The notes beneath the pieces are model-generated. The model saw nothing but the letters and a program-made list of their open reading frames with translations. It was not told where the DNA came from and made no database searches. A stretch of 45,681 nucleotides of DNA, from NCBI RefSeq assembly GCF_001194135.2, contig NC_068981.1:5800208-5845888 (forward strand), read 5' to 3'. This DNA is from Octopus bimaculoides. Lineage: Eukaryota. Positions 32,014-43,656 of this stretch are shown here, one piece after another (the first letter of the stretch is position 1; every line of letters begins with the position of its first letter). The position numbers and the translations under genes are program-made.

Positions 32014-33135
32014 TAATACACCAAAAACTTTGTGTGATTTCATTGATGACAAGTGAATTAGTTCTTAGAATATTGATTTTCCCATTGAAATACGTTGCTA
32101 GTCTTGTAGGTGGGGAACGAAAATTAATGAAACCTTTAACAAGGGGAGCACAACAAAAATTGGGAGCCACTGAAATAAAAAAATTACTATTTGTAAATCT
32201 CTTAATGAGAGATATTCAGCAACAGTACTCTGGAGTAAAGATTGTTTGCCAACATAACATGGCAGTCCTGGTTTAGGATGAATGTTGCTATAATATAGCC
32301 CTAGGAAACATTGTCTCCCTTTTTGCAACCATAGGTTTTCGTCCTTCCTTTTTGAAAGTATATAGAAATAAAAATAGATGTAATAAGATTGTTTAGCATT
32401 ACAGGGATTTGAAACCAGCAAGGTTAAATTTCTGTTAACTACAGCCACCTGAGTGTTAAGCAACAGTCTCTCTTTTTTTTCTATAGGAAATTTGGACTGG
32501 TCCGCTGATGGGTTCTTTTTAAATTAGATAAGCTTTTCATAAAAAGTTTTGGTCTCTGCATGTTTCATGCTTATCCTGATGGGAGTGGGGTTTCATTGCC
32601 GTGATACACTTTAGTGTAAATGAACTGCAGTGGTGATCTCCCGAAATGGTCTTAGATAAATGTGAATGTTGAATTTGACCTGTGATATCTGTTTATTATG
32701 AACTTTGGATGCACTTGTGTGAGGGAAGTAAAAGACTTTTTTAAATATCTAAAAAAAAAATTTCTTTTTAATTTAAAAAAGATATTTTAATCGTCTGATA
32801 AAATCTGTTTATTCAGTGGACATTTATTTCATTTTATTTTTATTTTTATCTTTATTTATTTTATATTTGTCCAGTAGGCTTTGTGGTAGTTTTGAATTTT
32901 TAGTCATTCTATTTAACTTTTGATAAGCCGTTCTATTTGTATTTTATTAGAATATATATTTTTACCTTCTGTGATTTTATGTATATGTATTATTTTTTAT
33001 GTGTTTGTAGGCCATGGTGTTTTTTATATATGATTAAATGGTTGAGGGGTGGTGTTGTATATAAAGTCGTTGACCCAAATTTAATGTTTGTTCTATAACC
33101 AATGCTTCTTTATATATATATATATATGCATATCA

Positions 33136-33136
33136 A

Positions 33137-33194
<58 letters not shown>

Positions 33195-33438
33195 GTTTAA
33201 TGTCCGCTTTCCATCCTGGCATGGGTTGGATGATTTGACTGAGGACTGGCAAACCAGAAGGCTGCAACAGGCTCCAATCTGATTTGGCAGAGTTTCTACA
33301 GCTGGATGCCCTTTCTAATGCCAACCACTCCAAGAGTGTAGTGGGTGCTTTTACGTGCCACCGGCACGAGGGCCAGTCACACGGTACTGGCAACGACCAC
33401 GCTCAAAATGGTGTTTCTTACGTGCCACCTTCACGGGA
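33136..33438 (-). mobile_element. RTE-LINE 3' end (family C) with (GAT)n tail, inserted in (TA)n
   Basis: rc gtggttggcattagaaagggcatccagctgtagaaac...aacccatgccaggatggaaagcggacattaaacgatgatgat. (TA)n lies on both sides. Confidence 0.85.
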
Positions 33439-33469
33439 ATATATATATATATATACACATGTATATATA

Positions 33470-33686
33470 TCTGTGTGTGTGTGTGTGTGTCTTTGTGTTT
33501 GTCCCTCACCACTGCCTGACAATTGGTGTTGGTATGTTTACATCCCTGTAACATATAAAACAAGTATCAAGCAGCTTAAGAAATAAAAAAAAAATACTGG
33601 TGTTGATTTGTTTGACTAAATTTCTTAAGGGCGGTGCCCCAGCATGGCCACAGTCTAATGACTGAAACAAGTAATAGATAAAAGAA
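33470..33686 (+). mobile_element. SINE family B 3' half
   Basis: (TG)n-tttgtccctcaccactgcctgacaattgg...ggcggtgccccagcatggccacagtctaatgactgaaacaag. Confidence 0.85.
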
Positions 33687-33994
33687 TAGCAGCTACTAGA
33701 TTCAACATTTGCATGTGAGATTGCCAGAATATATTTAACGTATTTGCATCCCATACAATCTTCTGTTCATCTTTGGAAGTCTTAAAAATGGCTTCCAGAA
33801 ATCACCAACATGGCTGCCTAATTAGCATAAATTATGCAAAATATGCTAATGTTTATTCCAGAGTCTATAAGTCTTCTGTATGTTTTGTTTGATGTGAAAC
33901 AGTCTTGAGAGAACAGACATTCCTTTGAGACATTGTGTCGAGGAATGTGTGTGTGTGTGTGTGTGTATGTTACCTGAAATATTATATCAATATC

Positions 33995-34025
33995 AATAAT
34001 AATGGTAATAATAATGATAATAATA

Positions 34026-34057
<32 letters not shown>

Positions 34058-34122
34058 GATAATGGTAATAATAATGGTAATAATAATGATGATGATGATG
34101 ATGATAATAATGATAATAATAA
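33995..34122. repeat. (AAT)/(GAT) compound microsatellite
   Basis: Tandem triplets seen directly. Confidence 0.95.
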
Positions 34123-34311
34123 TTGTCTTGTGTTTGTGTGTGCATGTTATGTATGTGTGTGTGTGTTTGTATGTGCATGTAGATTGGTGAGATGTATATT
34201 TGTGCAAAAGAGTGTCTGTGCATGTATGCATGCATGTGTGTATGTGTGTGTGTGCATATATATAAATGTGATGTCTGCATAGAACTCCCCCTCTCTCTCT
34301 CTATATATATC

Positions 34312-34344
<33 letters not shown>

Positions 34345-35443
34345 TATTTGTCTTTATATGAATGTATATAGATAACCGTATCATCTTTCTTCCTCTTGTT
34401 CTCTTCCTGTCTTTGCTCCATGTTTTAAAGAATTTCTCCAAACTAAGAAACATTTCCACTCATGTACATTTCTGCAAAAAAAGTTTCATATTCTATGGCT
34501 TTCATATTAATGGAAAGGATCAAGATAAACCTACCCAAACCAAGAAATTGCTTAATGAATATCCATTATTTAATTAAGAACCCTATGGATAGTGAAAAAT
34601 GTATTTTTTAAAAACTGAACTAAGTTTTTTTTATATCACCTATCACTTAACGCATGCACCATAAGTGCAGTTCTGTGAAATATTCACATTTATTTACGTG
34701 ACAGATATGTGCAATTTAAGTTAAGGTTGTATCATATGTACGGGATATTTTCTTTTCGTTTATGGGAAAACTGAGAAAATAAGAGTGAATATTTGTTTTA
34801 TGAGTGCTGTGTATTAATTCTCTAAAATTGTGCATAAAGTATGCAATGTCTATATACATATGAAGTGCATTAAGTCATTACTGGATTCTAATTGCCTTCA
34901 CTTTTCAATGAGTTGCAGACGAGTGACTAACTTTCTCAAGAAAGACAGGCTACGCTTCCAGTTTTTTGGATAACGATTTCAGAAATAACCCAAAAGGTTT
35001 ACCATTAATTCTGTGAAGTATTCACGGGTCCTGCTAGTTGTGCATTAATGTGAAATCAATAGAAATACGTAGTTTTGATTGAATGTATTGCATGGCTGTT
35101 CATCTCTGCTGCCTGTTGTTAATAACCGACAGAGATTCGTTGGTACTTAACAAGAAGACCAACTCAGTGTTGTCTCTAATGTAGTTCATCTCAGATCAAA
35201 TAACATTGCTCAATGCTTCTCATATAATACTTGTCCAATAATTGTTCAATAGCTGCTCAATAATTGTTCAATAATGGTTCAATAATTGTCTGATAACATA
35301 TTCAATATTTGTGTCATCATCATAGAATTCATCCTGTAATTATTGATCTCTAATACGAAACCACACATTTTCGCTGGGTTGGAAAGTCAAGTATATTTGA
35401 TCTTCTCAATCCAAAGCACTTGAACAAGAATTTGTTCCTTTCG

Positions 35444-35697
35444 AGTGTTGGGCCTCATGGAGGCAATGGCCACCAAGACCTTTCGCATTATGTCGTGCTT
35501 GAGAAGAAGACCCATCAAGCTGAGCAAAATCGCAGACATGGCAGATACCAGTGTCATGCAAATTGGTACCCGTGCCGGTGGCATGTAAAATAATCCCAAT
35601 GTCATGCAAATGGCACCTGTGCCGGTGGTACATAAAAGGATCCCTTACATTCTCGGAGTGGTTGGTGTTAGGAAGGGCATCCAGCCATAGAAAACAT
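35444..35697 (+). mobile_element. RTE-LINE 3' fragment (ORF C-terminus plus repeated UTR units), tail truncated
   Basis: RVLGLMEAM-like ORF end, two gtgccggtgg(c/t)a(t/c) units, and ggttggtgttaggaagggcatccagccatagaaa shared with family C. Confidence 0.75.
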
Positions 35698-35817
35698 ATA
35701 TAAAGAGGTGTGTATAAATAAATATGGCTGTGTGATTAACAATCTCATATATATATATATATATACGAAATGGCTGATAGTTAGCAAGGTGAGACACATA
35801 AGAAAGAAGGAAACAAA

Positions 35818-35862
35818 GGACCACTGATGAGGTCACAGAAGTGTGACGAAAGAACTCTGGCC
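35818..35862 (+). ncRNA. Minimal type-I hammerhead ribozyme motif with intact catalytic core
   Basis: ggacca-CTGATGA-g-GTCACA-gaag-TGTGAC-GAAA-G-aa-CT-C-tggcc. Stem II is a perfect 6 bp, stem III is 2 bp, the predicted cleavage triplet is CUC (after 35857), and stem I is cca/tgg plus gg/cc with a 1-nt bulge. Confidence 0.7.
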
Positions 35863-35968
35863 GAAATAAGATTAAGATTAATGTAATATAAAGCTGAAGC
35901 AAATTAACACCAAATATACAGTGCGTGTGTTTTTATTGGCTAAACTGGCAATATGACCATCCCCAAGT

Positions 35969-36009
<41 letters not shown>

Positions 36010-36527
36010 NNNNNNNNNNNNNNNNNNNNNNNNNNNNNNNNNNNNNNNNNNNNNNNNNNNNNNNNNNNNNNNNNNNNNNNNNNNNNNNNNNNNNNNNNNN
36101 NNNNNNNNNNNNNNNNNNNNNNNNNNNNNNNNNNNNNNNNNNNNNNNNNNNNNNNNNNNNNNNNNNNNNNNNNNNNNNNNNNNNNNNNNNNNNNNNNNNN
36201 NNNNNNNNNNNNNNNNNNNNNNNNNNNNNNNNNNNNNNNNNNNNNNNNNNNNNNNNNNNNNNNNNNNNNNNNNNNNNNNNNNNNNNNNNNNNNNNNNNNN
36301 NNNNNNNNNNNNNNNNNNNNNNNNNNNNNNNNNNNNNNNNNNNNNNNNNNNNNNNNNNNNNNNNNNNNNNNNNNNNNNNNNNNNNNNNNNNNNNNNNNNN
36401 NNNNNNNNNNNNNNNNNNNNNNNNNNNNNNNNNNNNNNNNNNNNNNNNNNNNNNNNNNNNNNNNNNNNNNNNNNNNNNNNNNNNNNNNNNNNNNNNNNNN
36501 NNNNNNNNNNNNNNNNNNNNNNNNNNN
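36010..36527. other. Assembly gap (N) flanked by (TA)n on both sides
   Basis: Run of N seen directly. Confidence 1.
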
Positions 36528-36530
36528 TAT

Positions 36531-36700
36531 ATATACCATCACTATCAACATTTAACATCTGCTTTCATTGCTGGCATGGGTTGGAAAGTTTGGCTGAAAA
36601 CTGGCAAGCCAGGCCCCAATCTGATTTGGCAAGGTTTCTATGGCTGGATGCCCTTCCTAACATGCCAACCACTCTGAGAGAGTAACAGCTTTCGTGGATG
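36531..36700 (-). mobile_element. RTE-LINE 3' end (family C), degraded
   Basis: gctggcatgggttgg...aatctgatttggcaaggtttctatggctggatgcccttcctaac. Confidence 0.8.
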
Positions 36701-36764
36701 CCAAACCATTGGTCACTCTATGACCAGGCATTAACTTTATTACTTTATTACGTTTCAATTCCCA

Positions 36765-37035
36765 GACCGAGCATTATGTTTATTGAGCAAAAACACCTAA
36801 ATCTCCATGAGACACCAACAGGGGGTGGGTGGCAAACCCTGCTGTACTCTTTCACCACTACTTTCTCTCACTCTTTGTTTCTGTTGTACCTGTATTTCAA
36901 AGGGGCCAGTCTTGTCACACTCTGTGTTGCACCAAATCTCCCCGAGAACTACATTAAGGGTACACATGTCTGTGGAGTTCTCAGCCATTTACATGTTAAT
37001 TTCACGAGCAGACTGTTTCATTGATCAGATCAACA
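36765..37035 (+). mobile_element. SINE family D variant, 3' portion
   Basis: gttgtacctgtatttcaaaggggccagtcttgtcaca...gttaatttcacgagcagactgtttcattgatcagatcaac matches the tail of 15585-15890. Confidence 0.75.
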
Positions 37036-37409
37036 ACAAAAAATTATATATATATAATTTGTTGTTGTTACCATGGACACAAAAGAAGAAGTATAAAGAG
37101 TAGAAATAGTAACGAACTTGAGTAATTGTTTTATGGAAGTGAATTCTCCATTAAGTTCTAAGATTTTTCCTGAAGCAATTCTGCCAGCAATGACACCTGA
37201 AATACCAATATAATTCTAAGGTCTAAGACTTAATATTCCTGTTACAAGAATTAGTCTTTTATCAACAGAAAATGTCACCATGGCTGCTTCTGGCACCAAA
37301 TATCAACATTTGTCAAGCTTGACATTATTGTTGTTGTTATTGCCAACTTAATAACAAAATTCTGTATTTCTTCCGGACAAAACAGAATACAATTTCATGT
37401 TTTATTACT

Positions 37410-37590
37410 GTCATCATCATCATTATCATCATCATCATCTTCTTCTTCTTCTTCTTCTTCTTCTTCTTCTTCTTCTTCTTCTTCTTCTTCTTCTTCTTCT
37501 CCTTCTTCTTCTTACCCCTCCTCAATCATCATCATCATCATCATCATCATTCTTGCCACCATGACCACTGCCGCCGCTGCCACCACCACT
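37410..37590. repeat. (CAT)n-(CTT)n-(CAT)n-(CCA)n compound microsatellite
   Basis: Tandem triplets seen directly. Confidence 0.95.
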
Positions 37591-37591
37591 A

Positions 37592-40500
37592 CCACAGCCA
37601 TCTTTTTCCTCTGTCTGTCTTATCTTCAACATCTCAATGAAACTGACCGTGCATTCTTTTCTTTACTCACCTATTTTCAGTTTCATTCATTTCCAATTTC
37701 TTGTATAGTGCTTTATCTGTGCAATCTTTCATCCTACACAAGCCTGACCTTCTTACTTCTAGTAACAGCGGTTCTGTGGCATTTTTTACATACCATGCTG
37801 TGTTGTTTTCTTCTGCTCTAATGCTGTGTTCACATCCAATAAGTCCTCTTCTCCCACTTTTTCTTGGTACATACAGTCTGTCTGTGTTACTCTTTGGGTG
37901 AAGTGACCCATGTCTAGTTAGCAACTTCCTTGTCTTTCTGTCCATGCGATTACCCTTGCTCCATATCTAAGGAGTGAAACCGCTCAGGTGTTGATAGCTT
38001 CGATCTTATTCCCTCTATTCAATTTCAATTTAAGGATCAGTCTCAGTCTGCGCGAGTACTCAACCTTAAATTTTTCTGTCATTTCTTTCTCCATCAATTT
38101 ATCCATTTCCCAAATCCCCCAAGTACTTATAGCCCGTCTCTTCTATCTGCTTCATTACCTCCCCCGACAGTATTGATAGTCCGTCCATCCATTTGATTTT
38201 GCCTCTCTTCAAGACTAACACACCACACTTTCTCAGTCCGAACTCCATTCTGATATCAGCACTCAAGATATGCTACGTATCAACGAGGGAACTGACTTGG
38301 GATTCATCTTTACCATAAAGTTTGAGGTCATCCATGAATAACAAATGGTTGACTTTTTGTTGGCGGCTTTTGAATACACACCCAGATTTTGCTTTCCTCA
38401 GAATCATTGTTAGTGGTATCAAGCACAGTACAAAGATCAGTGGGGACAGGCACCCCCCTTGTAAGATGCCCCTCCTAATTTCTACTGTCCCTAAGCTTCT
38501 TCCGTATGCTGTCAGGTCCGTCCTTGAATTTGCCATACTTTTTCCAAGCAATCGCTCAACATTTGATGCAATACCAAATAGGTTCATACATTTCATAATC
38601 CAAGAATGTGGGATCATATCGTACGCCTTACGACAGTCGATCCATGACATGGCTAAGTTAGTTTCCCTCGTCTTGCCGTCTCTAATTACAGTTTTGTCTA
38701 TCAGGAGTTGATCCTTGGTACCTCTGTACTTACGCTTGCAACCCGTCTGCTCATGTGGCACGATTCCATTTTTTTCCAGATGTTCGTACATTAACTCTGT
38801 AACTATTCCAGTCAATAAATTCCACATAAGTGTCAAGCAGGATATTGGCCTGTAATTGTCTACTGTATTGGCTTCTTCGATGTTTTTCAGGCACAGCACT
38901 GTCCTACCCAATGTCAACCACTCTGATGTTACTTGGTCGGCATTTAACAAGGTGTTCAGTTGCGCAGCTATTCATGCATGACATTCACCAAACCTTTTGA
39001 TCCAGTAGCCTTGGACTTCATCTGGCCCCGAGGGCTTCCAGTTGCCCATTTATTGCTGATTTCCTTCACTTCCCTAACTGAAATGACTAGTTCTGCCTGT
39101 TTTGGACAGACTGCTGTTTGTTTCAGTTCTTGCAACCATTCAGCATCCTTCTTGTGCTCCTTGTCTTTGCTCCAGATGTCACTCCAAAACCTTTGACTTT
39201 CATTGTTATCTGGTATCAACTTTTCATCTGTACACTCTCCATTTATTTCTTTATAGAATCTCTTCTGATCTACTCTGAATAACCTATTCTGGTGATAATC
39301 CTTCATTCTTTGGTCGTATCTTTCCATCTTTGCTTTCTTTGCAATGAGGCGCTGTTTCAGTTTCTCCATTATTACTTTCAGGCCCTTTCTTTCAATATTA
39401 TACTTCTTTTTCAGTGTCCTGTATTTTTGTTTTCTTTTAAGCTCCCCTTTCTCTTTTCGGTCTAACACAGAGATTTCCTTCGAAAGCATATCTAACCCTG
39501 CCTGGATTCTTCGTTTCCAGTATGGATCTTTTCTTTTGTCACTCCCATTGTATGTCTTCGTCTTGACAACAACATCCACATTTTCTGCTACAACAATACT
39601 TGTTGCCTTGATTGAATTATTTGTTTCTGTGATGTTGTTTGTTCTGATGTATTTCAGAATTTCATTGACATTTTTCGTTTCCTGGTTCAGTTTCCATCGA
39701 TCAACTTTTTTAAGGTTGCAAATAATGTCGCCATCGTTCTCCTGTAGTCTTACCTTTATTATGTCGCAGATTGCCTTTTGTTCATCTGTCATGTCGCCAT
39801 TAGTTTTATTGTCTTCTTTTAGATCATCTATATGCCTCTCATCAGGTAAACTACCACTGCTCCTTCCCTGTGCTATGGGATTACTCTTATTAGTAAGAAC
39901 TGTATTTTCATCGCTTCCTCCGCTGCTATTTTCCATGACCCGTCTTTTGATAACTTCGAGCTCTACTTCTGTGAACCAACAATTTTTCCTTATTACTCTA
40001 GCTTGATCACATAGTCTCTGTTCCGTGAGTTGAAACAATCCCTTTTCTTTTCAATGATCATACATACGTTGTCGGTANNNNNNNNNNCCACTGCTCCTTC
40101 CCTGTGCTATGGGATTACTCTTATTAGTAAGAACTGTATTTTCATCGCTTCCTCCGCTGCTATTTTCCATGACCCGTCTTTTGATAACTTCGAGCTCTAC
40201 TTCTGTGAACCAACAATTTTTCCTTATTACTCTAGCTTGATCACATAGTCTCTGTTCCGTGAGTTGAAACAATCCCTTTTCTTTTCAATGATCATACATA
40301 CGTTGTCGGTAACCCCTAATTTGAGCCCCATTTTCATCTACGGGGCTGCTCAGGTAGTAACACTCCATGACCACAGCATTAATTTGTTTGCTCCATCTGC
40401 GCCGTGTGTGGTGGTCCCTTTCTGGATATGGACAGGCTGGAGCCGGACCAGTATCTCTGAGCCTGCTGGGTGCAACACTGTCACCATGATTGGCTTCAGT

Positions 40501-40648
40501 TCCATTCCCACCATTATTCACAATATTTTGTATTTTTCATTGTCACTCATATAAGGCAGCGATTATCAGGTTGTGCAATTACCAGTGTTTTTATTGTGAC
40601 AGATGTTTCATTATTAATTAGCCCATGAGGCTCCACCTATTTCCTTTC
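37592..40648 (-). mobile_element. R4/Dong-clade non-LTR retrotransposon: 5' end present, RT pseudogenised, 3' (CCHC/RLE) end missing
   Basis: N-terminal RRRWSKQINAVVMECYYLS...GYRQRM...[12 protein letters not shown] motifs are [57 protein letters not shown] and YKYLG, followed by LYVPRKSGRRGL and MHGQF...KRWLW. There are several stops and a frameshift near 39050. Confidence 0.93.
40078..40087. other. 10-N gap flanked by an exact 224-bp duplication (likely assembly artefact)
   Basis: 39854-40077 appears identical to 40088-40311. Confidence 0.85.
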
Positions 40649-40708
40649 ATTATTATTATTATTATTATTATCATCACTGATATCACTGATATCATTGATA
40701 TCACTGAT

Positions 40709-40739
<31 letters not shown>

Positions 40740-40752
40740 CAATTATTATTAT
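40649..40752. repeat. (TTA)n runs interrupted by four 9-bp tcactgata units
   Basis: (TTA)n at 40649-40670 and 40711-40752, with 9-mers at 40674-40709. Confidence 0.92.
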
Positions 40753-41185
40753 GTTCTGGTGAGAGCTGACTAGTTTTCTTTTACTCTCAAGTTGGTTTTT
40801 GGACCAGCAATGGTTTCCAAGGAATTAGTTGTTTATTTTTCATGCCATGTCATGGAAACTTATTTCCAGGGTAATCCAGGAATTCATTTAATTATCTTAT
40901 ACACACAGTCCAGGACAAAAAAAAAAAAATAGAAGATTTAAACAAAATCATCTTTCGTTTGACCTGTTTTGTACACAACAATGGCGACAGCACAGTAATA
41001 GAGAACACACGCACACGAGACAGAACATCATTTCCAAAGACAGGAAAGTATTGACAAACCTCTTTTGTTGCCGAACAAATATGGCAGGAAGAAGCAGCGA
41101 GCCTCCACCCGACACTACCCAAAATTATCATCATCATCATCGTCATCATTGTCATGACCACCACCAACACCACCACTATCATCAT

Positions 41186-41385
41186 CATCATCCACTTTTC
41201 TATGATTGCATGAGTCAAATGGAATCTGTTGTAGCAGCTGGATGCCCTTCCTGTCATCAACCTTCATTTGTTTCCGGTCAAGTTAATATTTCCTTTTTGG
41301 CCAGACGTGTTTCCAATGGAAGACTGGAAATGATCAACTTCACTTGTATGACAGTAATGATTGTTTACAACCATCGTGTGAGGTC
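41186..41385 (-). mobile_element. RTE-type 3' end variant (family C-related) with (GAT)n tail
   Basis: catcatcatcatccacttttctatgattgcatgagtc...gcagctggatgcccttcctgtcatcaacc. Confidence 0.65.
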
Positions 41386-41590
41386 AAGGGTAGACACACA
41401 CGTACACACACACACACACACACAGAGCAAAGAATTGTGAAAAAAGACCTGAAATATTTTAAAGATAAAAGACTAATTAGACAGTATCGGAATGGTTATG
41501 TTGACTGATGGAAACAGAGATGATGAGAGATCAAACTGCCTAACCACATCACATTATATATTGACTTTGGACAAAGCACAAACTAAGATG

Positions 41591-41973
41591 CAGGAGTGGC
41601 TGTGTGGTAAGAAGCTTGCTTCCCAATCTCATGATTCTGGGTTCATCCCCACTGCATGGTACCTTGGGCAAGTGTCTTCTACTATTGCCTTGGGCCAACC
41701 AAAACCTTGTGAGTGGATTTGGTAGACAGAAACTGAAAGAAGCCCGTCATATATACATATGTATGTATGCATTTGTGTGTCTGTGTTTGTCTCTCCATCA
41801 TCGCTTGACAACCGATGTTGGTGTGTTTACGTCCCTGTAACTTAGCAGTTCAGCAAAAGAGCCTGATAGAATAAGTACTAGGCTTACAAATAATAAGTCC
41901 TGGGGTCGATTTGTTCGACTAAGGGTGGTGCTCCAGCATGGCCACAGTCAAATGACTGAAACAAGTAAAAGAG
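41591..41973 (+). mobile_element. SINE family B, full length
   Basis: Complete head, CORE-like domain, microsatellite and tail. taagatgcag is present at 41584-41593 and 41974-41983. Confidence 0.92.
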
Positions 41974-41980
41974 TAAGATG

Positions 41981-42256
41981 CAGACGTGTCTGTGTGGTAA
42001 GAAACTCGCTTCCCAATCTCACGATTCTGGGTTCAACCCCACTGCATGGTACCTTAGGCAAATGTGTGTGTCACCCAACACCACTTGACAACCCATGCTA
42101 GTGTGTTTACATCCCCATAACTTAGTGGTTTGGCAAAAGAACCGATAGAATAGGTACCAGGCTTATATAAAAAAAAAAGTTCTAGGGTTGATTCATCATC
42201 ATCATCTGCCCCAGCATGGCCGTAGTCTAATGACTGAAACAAGTAAAAGATAAAAG
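41981..42256 (+). mobile_element. SINE family B, tandem copy with internal deletion
   Basis: Head similar to the previous copy, the middle deleted, and tail ccagcatggccgtagtctaatgactgaaacaagtaaaagataaaaga. Confidence 0.85.
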
Positions 42257-42494
42257 ATTTGTCGATGGCAGTAGAGGAGGGTGCTGCTGCTGCTGCTGCT
42301 GCTGCTACAGCGGAGGTGATGGCGGTGGTGGTGGGGAGCGTTTGCCAGCTTCGGACCCACTGTATCAGTTGACTTTCTCTTATTTAAACCTACAGAAAGC
42401 GTGAAATGTTACCATTTCATGTTGTTGGCTATTAAATGAACCCAAGATGAAAGGCGTTCCAGCCATGACATCCCAACATTGTAGAAATACGTGG

Positions 42495-42710
42495 AGGCGG
42501 CGAGCTGGTAGAATCGTTAGAAGGCTGGACGAAGTGCTTAACACTATATCACCCGTCGTTACGTTCTGAGTTCAAATTTTGCCCAGGTCGACTTTGCCTT
42601 TTATTCTTTCGGGGTCGATAAATCAAGTACCAGTTGAGTACTGAGGTCGATCTAATCGACTCCTTCCCCCCTCAAAATTTCAGGCCTTGTGCCTATAATG
42701 GAAAGGATTG
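42495..42710 (+). mobile_element. SINE family A, full length
   Basis: ggcggcgagctggtagaatcgttag...gagttcaaattttgcccaggtcgactttgcc...caggccttgtgcctataatggaaagg. Confidence 0.9.
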
Positions 42711-43279
42711 TAAGACTACTTTAACTAATGAATATTTTTATCATTTCGGGTCTGGTAAGGGAGGTAATTCTTTCAAGGGAGAAAACTCGTGTTAGCCCGT
42801 CGTTAATCAGGTCTTTGAAGATTGACAAATAAAATGTCTTTTCGTTTCTAGTTTTCAAACAATCTTTTAATATTGTTTCCATTATCTTATGTTAGCAAGC
42901 AAAATTCTTTTCTCTTTCTACAGTTGACTCTAATTTAGTTTCAAATTATTCTTTCTTCTGCCTTTTAATGGGGACTGTCTCGTCTCAGCATCATAACCAG
43001 ACGAATATATGATGCAAATTAACAGATTGCGTTTTATATTCTTCCCTTTATCACTCTCATGGCCCGTTATAAGGCGCCTGGTAGAAGGAAAGGAGGGAGC
43101 AGGTGTCTTCAAGCCTGAAACTTGGTCCAAATGCTTGCGACAGAGTAGGCTCTGTTAAAGGTGTCCAAGTTGCTAAATGGTGGTATTAAACTGGGAGACG
43201 GTCTAAGTCTACCACAAATAGGCCATAGCTATATTTGTACTCAGAAAGCAGATACAGAAGAAATGCCACAAAAACCAAT

Positions 43280-43470
43280 AGCCTCAGGGAAGAGGGTGAG
43301 TCGATTACATCGACTCCATTAACTGATTGGCACTTTATTATATCAACCCTGTAAGGATGAAAGCCAAAGACGATCTTGGTGGTATTTGAACTCAGAACGT
43401 AAAGAGCTAAGAAATTGCTGCTTAATCTTTTGTCTGACATGCTAATGATTCTGTCTGTTTGTCACCTTCA
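43280..43470 (-). mobile_element. SINE family A, degraded
   Basis: gagtcgattacatcgactcc...aaggatgaaagccaaagacgatc...tttgaactcagaacgtaaag. Confidence 0.7.
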
Positions 43471-43656
43471 AATTCTTTCTATTAGCGGCAGAAGGCCTGA
43501 TATTTTGTTGGAGAGGCTGTTAATTGACTACATTGCTCTCTCTACTTGAGTGGTAATATAATGTAAAATGACAATAATCTTATAGTATACGGTGCTCAAG
43601 TGGACGACAAATCATCACAAAAGGTTTAAAGAGGAGACAGAAAGTACCAATAAATA

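Noticed and set aside
32560-32720. Penelope RT fragment (HPKFI-like) on the minus strand
   Set aside because: The similarity is too weak and interrupted to support without a search.
659-34313. Long low-complexity ORFs (659-1204, 9079-9571, 28422-28907, 30057-30636, 30983-31423, 33818-34313) as protein-coding genes
   Set aside because: They are translations of microsatellites or pyrimidine tracts, with no domain motifs or splice context.
20093-36677. ORFs containing long X runs
   Set aside because: They are open only because they cross N gaps.
39344-40006. 220-aa plus-strand ORF as an antisense gene
   Set aside because: It is the shadow frame of the A-rich LINE ORF and has no recognisable motifs.
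11650-42710. tRNA genes at A/B-box-like motifs
   Set aside because: All are SINE heads continuing into SINE bodies. None has a full cloverleaf or a following poly-T terminator.
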